Assembly: GCF_001194135.2 (NCBI RefSeq)
Contig: NC_068984.1
Coordinates: forward strand, 133,427,498 to 133,491,497
From: Octopus bimaculoides
Lineage: Eukaryota
Direction: 5' to 3'
Length of the DNA stretch: 64,000 nt
A model generated the notes under the pieces. That model was not told the DNA's origin. It did no database searches and worked only from the letters and a program-made list of their open reading frames with translations. The translations under genes were made by a program, and so were the position numbers. Positions 10,950 to 23,910 of the stretch are shown here, piece after piece. How positions within the stretch are numbered: position 1 is the stretch's first letter; each line of letters starts with the position of its first letter.

Positions 10950-11880
10950 GCTTCAATAAATTTTATTCAATAAAATAATTGCCATTATTATTAATGACAT
11001 TTGCCCATCTATCAGGCAATTCAAATATTCCATCAGCATAAAATTTGACTGGGTTTGAAGGAAAAAAAGATATCTAGGTGCATTTTGACTCCATCTAAAT
11101 TAAATGTTTTTCCTTGCAATGAGTTCTGTAGAGAGAAAAACAAGTGGTAGTTGGATGGTGCAACATCAGGAGAATATGGTGGATGATGTAAGAGATCCCA
11201 GCCAAGTTCATGTAACTTTGGGTAGCCAAAGACACATGTGTTTGGGCATTGTTTGCTTGGAACACTATCCCTTTCCTGTTGGTAATCTCTGGCCTCAATT
11301 CCTTGATTTTTTTTGTTCAAATTAACCAACTGATGACAGTACACATCAGAATTAATGTTCTGGTTTTGTGGGAGAAGCTCATAATAAATAATGCCTTTAT
11401 GATTCCCACCAGACAAAAACCATAGTATTTTTGGCATAGACGTTCATTTTTGGTTACTGTTTTGGGGGGATCCTTACATAAACTCCAGGATCTTTTTCAC
11501 ATTACATTTTCATACACATTCCACTTTTCATCTCCAGTCACAAGTTATTTCAAAAAAGGTATGGAATACTTGTCCAACGAATTCTTTTCTGAGAGTTTGT
11601 GAGAGACCCATACATTATAGCAAGAAATGTATCGTAGCGTCACTAGGTATTTATGAGCCGTACTTTTAGAGACTTCCAATGCCTCTGCAAGTTCTCTAGT
11701 CGTGTTATTTGAGTTTTCTTTGGTTTTTGATTCATCCACTTTTGGAGGTCTTCCACTGCAACTGTCATCTTCCAAGCTAAACTCTCCAGCTTTAAATTTT
11801 GCAAATCACCCTTGAACAATTGATTCACCTACAGTATCATCACCATAAACTTCACAAATGTTTTATCAAGTCTTTGCAGT
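10950..11880 (-). mobile_element. Decayed mariner transposase
   Basis: NICEVYGDDTV..EDDSCSGRPPKVD (HTH region) and ELGWDLLHHPPYSPDVAPSNYHLFFSLQNSLQGKTF, with multiple frameshifts and stops. Confidence 0.92.
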
Positions 11881-12669
11881 ACAACAAAGTACAAATGAGT
11901 TAGGAGAAAAGTTGGGCTTAAGAGGCATTAGATGTGGTGTGCAAGAGAGAAGGCTGCATTGGTATGGTCACATGATGTTTATAGATGAGGATAGCTGTAT
12001 AAAGAAATGCCAATTGCTAAATGCATAAGGAGCCTGTGGAAGAGGGAGACTCAGAAATATGTGAGATGAAGCAGTGAAGACTGCCCTCAAAATGTTGAAC
12101 CTTTCATAGAAGTTCAACGAGAGAAAACAATGTTAGTGATTTTCAAAATATTTGTTTTTACAGTTGTTTCAACTAACCCTTATGTAATAATATAATTATG
12201 GAGTACATCCCCATTATTGGGGATTTAAAAAAAAATATGAATTAACAAAATTGAAATTCACTCTTGTATAGGCTGAAGATATAAGAGAAAAATAAAACAA
12301 GAAATATAGAAATAAGGAGGTAAAAAGAAATTTTAAAAACCTTAAAAAAACTTTTTTTTTAATCATAGGAAAGAATACAGGTTCTGGAGTTAGTAGTAGA
12401 AAGGTTAAGCAATAAATCATGTCAAGCTGTCTCAAATCCAATTTGGTATATTTTTTTTAGACTAAGCTGATACTAGTGGGTAACTAATCATCATAACTGT
12501 TACATTTAGTATAGCAGTAAACCAAGAGAGCAAAGATAAGATTGAGACATCAAAGAGCTATGATTTACAAACACATTTTTTACATGTCTGTACGAACAAA
12601 TATCAACACAACTATATACATATATCTATAAATTTCACCTAATATGTATGTATGTATGTATGTATGTAT

Positions 12670-12945
12670 GTGTGTGTGTATGTATGTATGTATGGAAGTG
12701 GATTGGTAGCACAATTAGAAAGGACACACCAAATGCAGCGAAAAGCACTTTACAGTGGAATCCGGAGGGATATAGAAAGAGGGGTAGGCCTAAGAACTCG
12801 TGGCGTAGATCAACACAAAAGGAACTAGAGAAAGGAGGACATTCATGGCAGAGTATAAGTACAGAAGCGAAAAATTATGCGACATGGAATTCAATTATAA
12901 GTGGCCTATACTCCGCGTTGGAGGGTTAAAGGCAAGAAGAAGAAA
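12670..12945 (+). mobile_element. RTE-like LINE 3' end, second subfamily
   Basis: WKWIGSTIRK..LQWNPEGYRKRGRPKNSWRRSTQKEL..WNSIISGLYSALEG*, followed by a (GAA)n-like tail. Confidence 0.8.
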
Positions 12946-13254
12946 GAATGTATGCATGCATGTACTTTATTATTGTTATAGTCACCATCATCATCATCAC
13001 CACCACCACTGCCACCATCATCATTTTTATTTAACATCCACTTTTCTATGATTGCATGGGTCAGACGTAATTTGTTGAAGCAAATTTTCTGGTCAGATGC
13101 CATTCCTGTTGCCATCAGGTTATGTTGCAAGAATGTAAAGGAAGAGGCAGACATATAACTTAAGAGTGAGGACTGAGATGTCTTGTGTCTTGCTGTACTC
13201 AAGAAGACCTGTTCTCCATAGCAGAAGTGTTTATGTTGCTTCCTTGCTGAAGAG

Positions 13255-13810
13255 GTTTGGCCTGCTAGACCCCTGTGCCAGTGCCATGTGAAAAACACCT
13301 GTGTAAGTGCCGCATAAAAACCATCCATGCCAGTACCATGTAATAACACTTATGTCAGCGCCACATAAAAGCACCCATGCTGGTGTCGCATAAAAAGCAC
13401 CCAACACATTCTGTAAAGTGGTTGGTGTTAGGAAGGGCATCCAGTTGTAGAAACCATGCCAAATCAGACTGGAACCTGGTGCAGCATTTCTTATTTCTTT
13501 ATTGCCCACAAGGGGCTAAACATAGAGGGGACAAACAAGGACAGACAAAGTGCGTAACTGGTACTTAATTTATTGACGCCGAAATGATGAAAGGCAAAGT
13601 CGACCTCAGTGGAATTTGAACTCAGAACGTAGCGGCAGATTAAGTACCTTTAAGCATTTTGCTCGACGCGCTAACGTTTCCGCCAGCTCGCCACCTTATG
13701 CTCCACCAATGCTGGTGCAGCATTTCTGCTTGCTAACTCTGGTCAAACCGTCCAACCCATTCTAGCATGGAAAATGGACGTTAAGGAATGGTGATGCTGA
13801 TGTTGATGAT
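13255..13810 (+). mobile_element. RTE-type 3' end split by an inserted SINE (13555-13700, minus strand)
   Basis: Tail sequence stops at ggtgcagcatttc (~13490) and resumes at ggtgcagcatttctgc (~13715). The intervening sequence includes a tRNA-head SINE (ggtggcgagctggcggaaacgttagcgcg..ttctgagttcaaattcc). Confidence 0.7.
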
Positions 13811-13869
13811 TATATGTACACACACACACACACACACACCACATATGTATACATACATATATATACATG

Positions 13870-14215
13870 AACTGGCACTGTTGGTTACAATGCCGAGTGT
13901 TTCAGTTGATCTGATCAACAGAACATCCTGCCCTTGAAATTAATGTGCAAGAGAGACTGAGCACTCTACAGACACATGTACCCCTAATGTAGTCCTCAAG
14001 GAGATTCTGAACGACACAGAATGGGACAAGGCTGGCCCTTTCAAATACAGGTACTATTCATTTTTGCCAACTGAATGGACTGGATGAAAGTGCCATGCGA
14101 AAACCACCCATGCCAACACCATATAATAACATCTGTGCTTTGCTCAAGGACACAATGCATCACCAGAAATCGAATTTACAACCTTACAATCATGAGCTAA
14201 ATACACTAAGCCACA
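13870..14215 (-). mobile_element. tRNA-derived SINE, near full length and degenerate
   Basis: tRNA-like head plus gtgtccttgagcaa core plus the 3' end shared with 30525-30908 and 59218-59520. Confidence 0.75.
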
Positions 14216-14504
14216 TGCTTTCACACACACACACACGCGTCTATTTACATGCTACAACTATTGCTGTAGCAGATTATCACTAATTTAACTGGATTCTAGC
14301 TTTAATTGTTACTAAGTTTTTACCCATTGCTACACTGCCAGTAAAAATATTTGTTAATTATGCACATACCTTTTTTTAATAATAGATAGTAAAAGCCTTT
14401 TTTTCTTTTTGAAGTCTATGTTGAGTTGTGTTGACAGACTTACCCTAACAATTCCAGCATTTTTCATCAAAACTTGTTTGTCACTATGGTGACAACACTA
14501 CCTG

Positions 14505-14535
<31 letters not shown>

Positions 14536-14548
14536 GCCTGTTTGTCTG

Positions 14549-14594
<46 letters not shown>

Positions 14595-15545
14595 ACACAG
14601 TCTTTCTAGCTCACTGCACTTCTCTTTCAACAACTTCTTCTCCTCTCATTTTAGCTCTATGTTGTGACAGGAGTTGTCCCCCTGTTGATTCCTCCCTGTC
14701 TTCCCTTCTTTCACATATATATATTTAATTAATATAATATCTAGATCAACTGTGTTATAAAATAATTGCTAGTATTAATTACTTTTCGTGATCAGCGAAC
14801 ATTGTACTGTTAGTATTGCTGTATTGATTGAGTCGCATAATTACCTGTACCAATTACTATCAATGGTTGGTTGATTGTTACTAGAGAACTGACTAAGCTG
14901 CATTAATTATCATTGGTTTCTATGTAGTCCAGTCAATTTATTAACAGCAGCTGTGCTTGACTGGTCTGGCTAGGGCATTGCCTCGAAGGGATATTTAATC
15001 ACTTCAATTGACTTCAGTACTTCTTTGAAGTCTGGTACTTATTCTGTCAGTTTCTATTGTTTTACTGCTAAGTTACAGCTATGTTAACAAAGCAACATCA
15101 GTTGTTGTGTGGTGTGAGACAAACACACACTTACACACATATTCACATGCATACATCAACACACAAACTTTATATATATGCGTGTGTGCATATATGTATG
15201 TATATATGTGTGTGTGTGTGTACATGTATGTGTGTGTGTATTAGAACTTTTCACTTCATTACAGGTGGATAAATATAAGATATTGTAAGAACCGGTATCC
15301 AATACATGGGGTAATTAAATTATTAGAGATGTACCAAATGTATAAGGGAGTACGTTCAGATGCACCATTTAAACAAATTTGGGTATATAAACACTTAATG
15401 ATTATACTGCATGAATAAAAAATATATTACGGAGATGTACTTGCATAGCAAGTGACCTGATCTGAGATCATGTGCTCAAACAAAAACAATTGCAGCATGG
15501 AATGTGTTTATAGCCATTTAAAAATACACAAAAACCGTTAAATTT

Positions 15546-15601
15546 AATTTGTCAAAATATTTTCGTCACTTTGAGACCGCGACCTGTTCACTGACAAAAT
15601 T
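15546..15601 (-). ncRNA. Minimal type I hammerhead-like motif with G3-C8 swapped core
   Basis: AATTTTGTCA-GTGAACA-G-GTCGC(ggtctcaaa)GTGAC-GAAA-ATAT-TT-TGACAAATT: 7-bp stem I, 5-bp stem II, GAAA, palindromic stem III loop. Confidence 0.55.
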
Positions 15602-17234
15602 CTGAAGAATTCACATATCCAGTGAATTATGTAAAAACCTTATAAATAGTCTAAAGATTTTTATAAATTATAAACACTATGAAAGTATATAAAAGGATAT
15701 ATAAATGTATAAATATATCAAATATAAAATACAAAAATTAATAAAACAAATATAAAAATATAATATATTATACTGTGAGTTTTATGAAAAGAAATTATAA
15801 ACTGCCAAACCATTTATAAGCTATAAAAGCTACATAAATGCATAAGAGGGTTTATAAATAGATAAAAAATTTGATAATATAAAGTATAAAAATTTACAAA
15901 ATATCTTTTACAGAATGATGTAAAAGGCATAAAAGAGATATAAATAAGGATATAGAATAAAATAAAATAAGGATTATTTTATAATGATATTAGTATATCA
16001 AAAAAGAATTCCTAGACATATTATTATTATTAATGCAATATAAAATAAAATACATGTATCAATGATTTACAGAAATAAAAATACCTTTGGAAATGGGTTT
16101 ATAAAATATTTCTAAAATACATTAAAGACAATGATCTAGGTAAAATAGTAACAGATCTTAGAGGGTATATTTTATACTTAGGGGAAGTGCAAAATTTAGT
16201 ACCATAAAAAACCAAGTAATGTGCACACCTCTGTAATTTATGCAGGTGATTTTCAGGATAAAAATTATTTAAAAAAAGCTTCTACTCATGTGAAATTCAC
16301 ACCCAAAAGTTTTCAGAATTGCCGATATGGTCAGGGGAAATGGTTTTCAATTTAGTTGTATTTTGCATAATTTCACTTACTTATGATTAGATTTTATTTT
16401 CATTAAAAAGAAATAATTTTTGTTTAACAGGTATCACATTAAAAGCTATTAAATTACAAAGAATTTGTGTTGTTTATAATAAATTTTATTTTACATTTCT
16501 TGCCCACAAGAGATTATGTCTAATCTTTAACATACTGCTGTCTGTCTTCTCAAATCACTATCACAGGAAAAGTTGTTGATAAGAATTATCAAAAAAAACA
16601 AAGTCGATAAATACACAGGTGTTGCAAATTAAGTTTAATTACCAATAAACATCAGCTTGGATGACACTTTACTCAACCGTGTAAAATATGTAAAATGTGA
16701 CCCGGACCATGATTTCTAGCATGAACATCAGATTTAGTTAACCATTTAATGGCTTTAATGAATTTATACAGAAAAAGCAAGCATTATACCGTCCAGCATA
16801 AATAAAAGTCATCTTCATTATATTTAAGCCCTTATTTTTTTTTGTAAAAACCTATTCTGACTTTAAATGAATCAACTTCCTGTATGAATGTTTATGTTTA
16901 GTACATCTTTTTTCAACAAAAAAAAAATTTCCAAAACTATTCTGGAAACAGTCTACTTGTAAAGTTTATTTCTATTTTTACTGAGAAAAAAAGCATAAAT
17001 TACATGGGTTTTTACGGTAAACTATTATAAAATGTATGAAGAGATTCCCAAACTGAAGGGGTAAATACGTAATGTAAATATTGAAAACTTATAGATCAAA
17101 GGGGCTAAGGGTTACAAGAACGACAGAAACAATATAAATATTTTGAGCTCCATTATTGATGTGAATATGTTAAAGCAGCGGTGGCATCCTTTATATTTGA
17201 AGTCTATGCGGTCATCTAATGAGAAAGGTTTCTA

Positions 17235-17495
17235 TATATATAACTATTTTTATTATAACTAACCACAAAAACAAACATTAACACACACATATATATAACT
17301 ATATATATAATTACTTTCATTATAATTAACAACAAAAACAAACATTAACACACACATATATATAACTATATATATAATTATTTTCATTATAATTAACCAC
17401 AAAAACAAACATTAACACACACATATATATAACGAGATATATAATTATTTTCATTATAACTAACTACAAAAATAGACATTAACACACACATACAT
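17235..17495. repeat. ~70-bp tandem repeat, about 4 copies
   Basis: Repeated ttcattataattaaccacaaaaacaaacattaacacacacatatatataactatatatataatta. Confidence 0.9.
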
Positions 17496-18160
17496 ATATA
17501 TAAGTATATATATGATTTGACATTAAGAATTTTTAAAATTTTTTCTTGTATTTTTCTCCCTAGTAAGGAATGATCGGTTATGTAAGAAAGATGAAGAATT
17601 TGCCTGTTAATTAACAGCAGCACCAACACACACACATTAATGTGTGTGAGTGTGTGTGTACATGAGCAACTACTATAATAATACTCTTGTGTTTTTCTCC
17701 GTCACAACTTATGAACGAGAAATGGAGGGTGATAGATGAATAAGGAAGAAGTGATGGTAGACTGAAAGTGGGAGCATTTCAACTCTGTGTGAGTATATGT
17801 GTGTGTTTGTAAAAGGGGAGTATGTGAATGTTTATGTGTGTGCAATGGGAGTGGGGTTGTGAACATTCAATGCTGAAAAGAAAAATCAAACAGTGTTTCA
17901 ACTCTTAGTGAGTATGTGTGTGTGTGTGAGTGCGTGCATATACAAGTGTAGAATGTGAATGTATGTGTAAACCAGCGTTCTTTCAGTAAAAAACGATGAT
18001 CGATGTCACATCTCAAAAGACAACCACTGGATAACATTGACATGTGTATTAATTTGTTTTACCATCCATATTCACATATAAAATACTACAATTAACCCTT
18101 ATTTTTGACGGCATGGGGCCATCATGTAGCATCCATTTTCCTGATTGGCAGGGGTTAGAT

Positions 18161-18431
18161 CAATGGTTCCCAAATATTTTCGGGCTGCTGCCCCCTTGAC
18201 ATCCAGGCCACATTCCTAGTGTCCCCACCCCAACTATCACAGACATAGACCTCTTTTTGAAGCAAATTCAAAGCAACTGTATTTCACAAATAAAACTTAA
18301 CCTAATGAGCCCTTTATTTTGTTGTTTTTACATGAATCACTACCCCATTATCGCCCCACTTTTCTTCAATGTCCCCTTGGAACTTTTCACCACCCCCAGG
18401 GGGGCAATACCGCCCACTTTGGGAACCACTG
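18161..18431. mobile_element. hAT-type MITE with intact target-site duplication
   Basis: TIRs CAATGGTTCCCAAA and TTTGGGAACCACTG; perfect 8-bp TSD GGTTAGAT at 18153-18160 and 18432-18439. Confidence 0.92.
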
Positions 18432-18769
18432 GGTTAGATGGTTTGACCGGGACTGGTAAGCTGGAGAGCTGCTCTAGGTTCCGATGTTTCGGGTTAGTTT
18501 CTACAGCTGGATGCCCTTTGTAATGCTAGCCACTTCAAAGAGTGTACCAGGTGCCTTTTACGTGTCATTGACATGGCACGGGTGCCTTTTATGTATCACC
18601 GACACTGACCATGACATTTTCTCAAGCATAGCTAAATAGCAACAGTCTCAATCATTTGTCATTGCCTCCATGAGACGCAGATCCATGTGGTCAGGAAGCA
18701 AGCCTCCTATAAAGCAAGCCATACCTGTGTCTATACATATATGACCTTTTACCTGAATCAGTCACCAGA

Positions 18770-19060
18770 CTGCGGCACCACCTTGAATAATATTTAATCA
18801 AATGAATCAACCAAAGTACTTTTGTTTTTAAAGCCTGGTGCAGGGCCGTAAATACACCTACACTAACTAACACAAAGACACACACATATAAATATAAATA
18901 TACGATGGGCTTTTGTAAGTTTCCATCTACCAAATTGACTCACAAGACATTGGTCAAGCTGAGGATATAGTAGAAGACACATGGCCAAGGTGCCACACAG
19001 TAGGACTGAACCTGGAACCATGTGGTAAGGAAGGAAGCTTCTTATCACACAGCCACACCT
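18770..19060 (-). mobile_element. CORE-like SINE copy
   Basis: Matches the reverse complement of 51205-51563, with internal deletions. Confidence 0.75.
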
Positions 19061-19984
19061 AATGTATGTAAGTGTGTGTATACATGCTTGTGTCTCCAAG
19101 GCAGAGAATTAGAGTAATATTGCAATGCTAATGTAAATGATGTTCAGTTTGAAATCTTAGTTATACTATGAGATGGTCTAATCGAGTTTAATACTTAGCA
19201 CAGGTAAGATGAAGTAGATGTGATAGGAAGAGGAGAAATGGATGCAGGAGTTAGGTCCAGATGAGGACAATATACAATCATTAATGATAATAAAAGAAAC
19301 AAAAGTAAGAATACTTGACAGTGGGTCACAGGCTGTGAGATTCTATTGAGTGATAGCTGATCTATCGTGCAGACATCGTTTCCTTAGAAGCAACCTAAAA
19401 TATGTATATATGTATATGTACATATATCTGTGCAAACTATTCCAGACATCAACAGCATCCACAATTTACAATGATTGAGAACGAATATAGGCAAATACTA
19501 ACCTTACCCCATTGTCTGTTGTAAATAGTTGTCCAGTTCAGAGAGGAATGTAAAAAAATGCTTAAAACTATTGAACATATTAAATAGCAATGCAATATAT
19601 ATACATGTGTGTAAATAAAAATCTATATGCACAACACCTGTTTGTGAAATATAAATTTATTTGTTTATATATATATATTCATGGCTTTATGTAAGTAGAC
19701 ACCTGTGCCTTAGGTTGAGTTCAAAAATTTAATAACAAAACGTTTTGTTTGAGAAGAATACAAGTCATTATTATGTCAACATATAATTTTGGGACAAAAA
19801 CATACATTTAGGGAGGAATGGAATTGATTAATTTATTATCAAAAGATGTACCCGGTGCAAGCTATGGACACATAAGAGGTGCAGCAACATCAAAGGCAGC
19901 TTAACTAGCAAGTTATTTTTTGTTTGTGGCAGATGTTCAGGTGCAATAAAGACTGTAAACAAACAGGAAACAACTTCTATCTCA

Positions 19985-20897
19985 TTCCAGGGTGAAAAAC
20001 TAGAGGTAGTCGATAGCTTCCGCTATCCGGGCGACCAAGTTAGTAGTGGGGGTGGGTGCGCTGAAAGTGTAGCTGCTAGAATAAGAATAGCCTGGGCAAA
20101 GTTTAGAGAGCTCTTACCCCTGCTGGCGACAAAGGGACTCTCACTCAGAGTAAAAGGCAGNNNNNNNNNNNNNNNNNNNNNNNNNNNNNNNNNNNNNNNN
20201 NNNNNNNNNNNNNNNNNNNNNNNNNNNNNNNNNNNNNNNNNNNNNNNNNNNNNNNNNNNNNNNNNNNNNNNNNNNNNNNNNNNNNNNNNNNNNNNNNNNN
20301 NNNNNNNNNNNNNNNNNNNNNNNNNNNNNNNNNNNNNNNNNNNNNNNNNNNNNNNNNNNNNNNNNNNNNNNNNNNNNNNNNNNNNNNNNNNNNNNNNNNN
20401 NNNNNNNNNNNNNNNNNNNNNNNNNNNNNNNNNNNNNNNNNNNNNNNNNNNNNNNNNNNNNNNNNNNNNNNNNNNNNNNNNNNNNNNNNNNNNNNNNNNN
20501 NNNNNNNNNNNNNNNNNNNNNNNNNNNNNNNNNNNNNNNNNNNNNNNNNNNNNNNNNNNNNNNNNNNNNNNNNNNNNNNNNNNNNNNNNNNNNNNNNNNN
20601 NNNNNNNNNNNNNNNNNNNNNNNNNNNNNNNNNNNNNNNNNNNNNNNNNNNNNNNNNNNNNNNNNNNNNNNNNNNNNNNNNNNNNNNNNNNNNNNNNNNN
20701 NNNNGAGCGTGGCCGTTTTCGTGCGGGTGACACGTAAAAGCACCCACTACACTCTCTGAGTGGTTGGCGTTAGGAAGGGCATCCAGCTGTAGAAACTCTG
20801 CCAAATTAGATTGGAGCCTGGTGTTGCCATCCGGTTTCACCAGTCCTCAGTCAAATCGTCCAACCCATGCTAGCATGGAAAGCGGACGTTAAACGAC

Positions 20898-20935
<38 letters not shown>
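19985..20935 (+). mobile_element. Young 5'-truncated RTE LINE spanning an assembly gap
   Basis: Unbroken frame QGEKLEVVDSFRYPGDQVSSGGGCAESVAARIRIAWAKFRELLPLLATKGLSLRVKG before the gap; family 3' UTR and long (GAT)n tail after it. Confidence 0.9.
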
Positions 20936-20936
<1 letters not shown>

Positions 20937-21304
20937 TAATGTACTTGAATTCACTGCTAAGTACATTATTGAGGAGAGGAGTGTATGAAAGCCAGTTCAT
21001 CAGTTGTATATGGGCACATTAACCCATTAGCGCCAAAGGTTTCTCTTTTAGGACCAGAGGGATAATCCATCATATTTCTGCAACAGCTGTATTTTTCAGA
21101 GATATCTTTCGTTAGTCATCAAGACTGCAGTGTCTTTCAAATATCACAACTAGTGTCTGTTGTATATGGGCAACACTGATGTCTCAGTTTTCAGAACAGT
21201 GTGAAAATCTTGAGGAAAAGGATACACTCAGTTTCATCCATCATTCAATCAAAAAAGAAGTCGGCCAACTTTGCCTTCCCCTGCTTATTTATAATAATGT
21301 TTCT

Positions 21305-21698
21305 GACATAGACATACGCATGAGCCATGTGGTTAAGAAGCCCATTTTGCAACCACGTGATTTCAATTTCAGTCCCACTGCATGGCAACTTGGGCAAATG
21401 CCTTCTACAACTTACCTAGGCCAACCAAATCCTTGTAAGTGTGGATTTGGTAGACAGAAAATGTGTAGAAGCCTGTCGTGTATATGTATATACTCTTTTA
21501 CTTGTTACAGTCATTTGATTGCGGCCATGCTGGAGCACCATCTTTAGTCAAGCAAATCGACCCCTGCACCTGTTCTTTATAAGCCTAGTACTTATTCCAT
21601 CGGTCTCTGCTGCCGAACCACTAAGTGACAGGGACATAAACACACCAGCATCAGTTGTCAAGCAATGCTAGTGGGGACAAACACAGACACACAAACAT

Positions 21699-21735
<37 letters not shown>

Positions 21736-21885
21736 CGATGGGCTTCTTTCAGCTTCCATCTACGAAATCCACTCACTGAGGCTATAGTAGAAGACACTTG
21801 CCCAAGATGCCACGTAGTGGGACTGAACCCAAACCATGTGGTTGGTAAGCAAGCTACTTACCACACAACCATTCCTGCGCCTATA
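21305..21885. mobile_element. Two CORE-like SINE copies in opposite orientation
   Basis: Plus-strand head at 21305-21490 abuts a near-complete minus-strand copy at 21505-21885. Confidence 0.8.
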
Positions 21886-22829
21886 TATACATATATATAC
21901 ACACATACAAATATGTATATATAAATACATGTGTGTGTGTGTGTGTATACGTCTATCTCCTCCCACTACCATTTGACAACCAGTGTTAGTTTGTTTACAT
22001 CCTTGTAAGTAAGTGGTTTGGCAAGAGAACTGATGGAATAAGTACCAGGCTTTCGAAAGTAACTGCTTCAATGCAGTGCCACAGCATGGTCGCTGTCCAA
22101 TAACTGAAACAAGTATAAGATATAGATAGACACAAGGGGTTAATCAAATAACACTCCAGCTAAAATATTCTACCTCTTCTATTTTCAAACTGGCCCCTCA
22201 CACCAACCCTACAATATCATTCTAAAAATTAACATTTACCTCATCAAAATATCAAAGCTACAAAGTGATGCATGTTTCATTCAAAACAATGTGAATCCTA
22301 GAGGGTTATATTGATACTCATGATCAGCAGATAGCTAAATGTATTGATCTCATAGGGATGAAAGGCAGAACTGAGTCTGGTAGGATTTGATCTCATTCAG
22401 AATGTAGAGTCATCATCACAGTCTTTTAACGTCTACTTTTTTATGCTTGCTTGGGTCAGATGGGTTTCACCAAAGTAGATTTCCTACAGCTACGTGCTCT
22501 ATCTGTTGCCAGCTCACACCTCGGTTCCAAGCAAGGTAATATTTTCCCATAGCTAGACATGTTTTCCATGGAACACTGGAAATGAATGACACTGCTTGTA
22601 CACACACACACACAAATTCTGATCAATAAGTATCCGGACTGTTGCCATAGTAATAAAGCTAAAGTACGCAGAGTGAAGCTTCTTGGCACAGATTGACCTT
22701 GAACTCTGCTGTGCATGTGCACTAAGTTCTAACATTCTAGCTCACTTCTGCTGCTCACAGTAGTGCTTGGAATGAAGGCATGTAGTGTGTGATCGTCGCA
22801 TTGACCAGGACATGTCGATACCTGCAATA

Positions 22830-23506
22830 CCTGCTCATGTATCTCCATGTGTCAGAAGGAACAGTCAAAAATGTTGTCCACAAAGACATCAGATATAAAT
22901 CACATATGAGGAAGGGTAAATTTGTCAGAAAAAGCAAAAGATAATCACTACATCAGATCTTCCTGCAACTGTCATGGTTTTAGGGGTTGTCAGCAATGAA
23001 GGACATGTGATGCCTCCTACATTGAGGTCCTAGAAACAATTGTTAATCCCTGCATAGACAGTGTATGAAATGGAAGGCCAAATGTGTTTCAGTAAGACTC
23101 TGCACTATCACACATGGCTCTAGTAATATAAGAATGGATAGCTGAAAATTTTCAAGATCACATAACCCCTAACATTTGGCCTCCTAATTCCCCAGATCTC
23201 AATCCCTTGGACTATTACATGTGGAGCATTGTTGGGAGAGAGGTCAATGAACATGCCCATAACACCAAAGATTCTTTGAAAGCTGCCATAATCAGAGTAA
23301 TGTCCAAAATGAACCAGGACCACTTGGTTTGAGCATGAAGATGATTTAGATCTCATATAGAAGCAGTTGTTGAAGGTGGTTTTATTGAATAACATTATAG
23401 AAAAGAAGGTTTATTTTTATCCTCATAGCATTTTTTGATAAAGTTATCTGTTATTGTTTTTTTTATAAACCTAAATCTATCCTCAAATATCTTACGCACC
23501 CTGTAT
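22830..23506 (+). mobile_element. Internally deleted Tc1/mariner (maT/DD37D-like) transposon
   Basis: FPATVMVLGVVSNEGHVMPP...ITPNIWPPNSPDLNPLDYYMWSIVGREVN..HNTKDSLKAAI; ends in ...CGCACCCTG-TA. Confidence 0.85.
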
Positions 23507-23524
23507 ACATGCACACACACATAC

Positions 23525-23910
23525 ATCTTATTTCTTGTTTCAGTCATTGGACTGCAACCATACAGGGGCACTGCCTTGAAGGGTTTGAATCAAAGTGATC
23601 CCAGTACTATTTTTAGAAGTCTGGTACTTATTCTATCGGCATCTTTTGATGAACTGCTAAGTTACAGGGATGTAAACAAACCAACACTGGGTTGTCAAGT
23701 GGTGATAGGATAGACAAAATTGCACACACACAGACATGTATAAATGATGGGCTTCTTTCAGTTTCCATCTACCAAAGCAGGGGCTGTAATATAAGACACT
23801 TGTCTAAAGTGCTGTGCTTGCCAACTGAAACCAAGAGATTTCAAGACTGGACCTGAAACCACATGGTTAAGAAGCTTGCTTCTTATGAATCTAAACTACA
23901 CAGCCATGTC
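23525..23910 (-). mobile_element. CORE-like SINE copy
   Basis: cttgtttcagtcatt...gggcttctttcagtttccatctacc...accacatgg. Confidence 0.8.

Noticed and set aside
20023-20840. Long ORFs in the supplied track (also 2734-3147 and 58382-58703)
   Set aside because: Artefacts of translating through N gaps.
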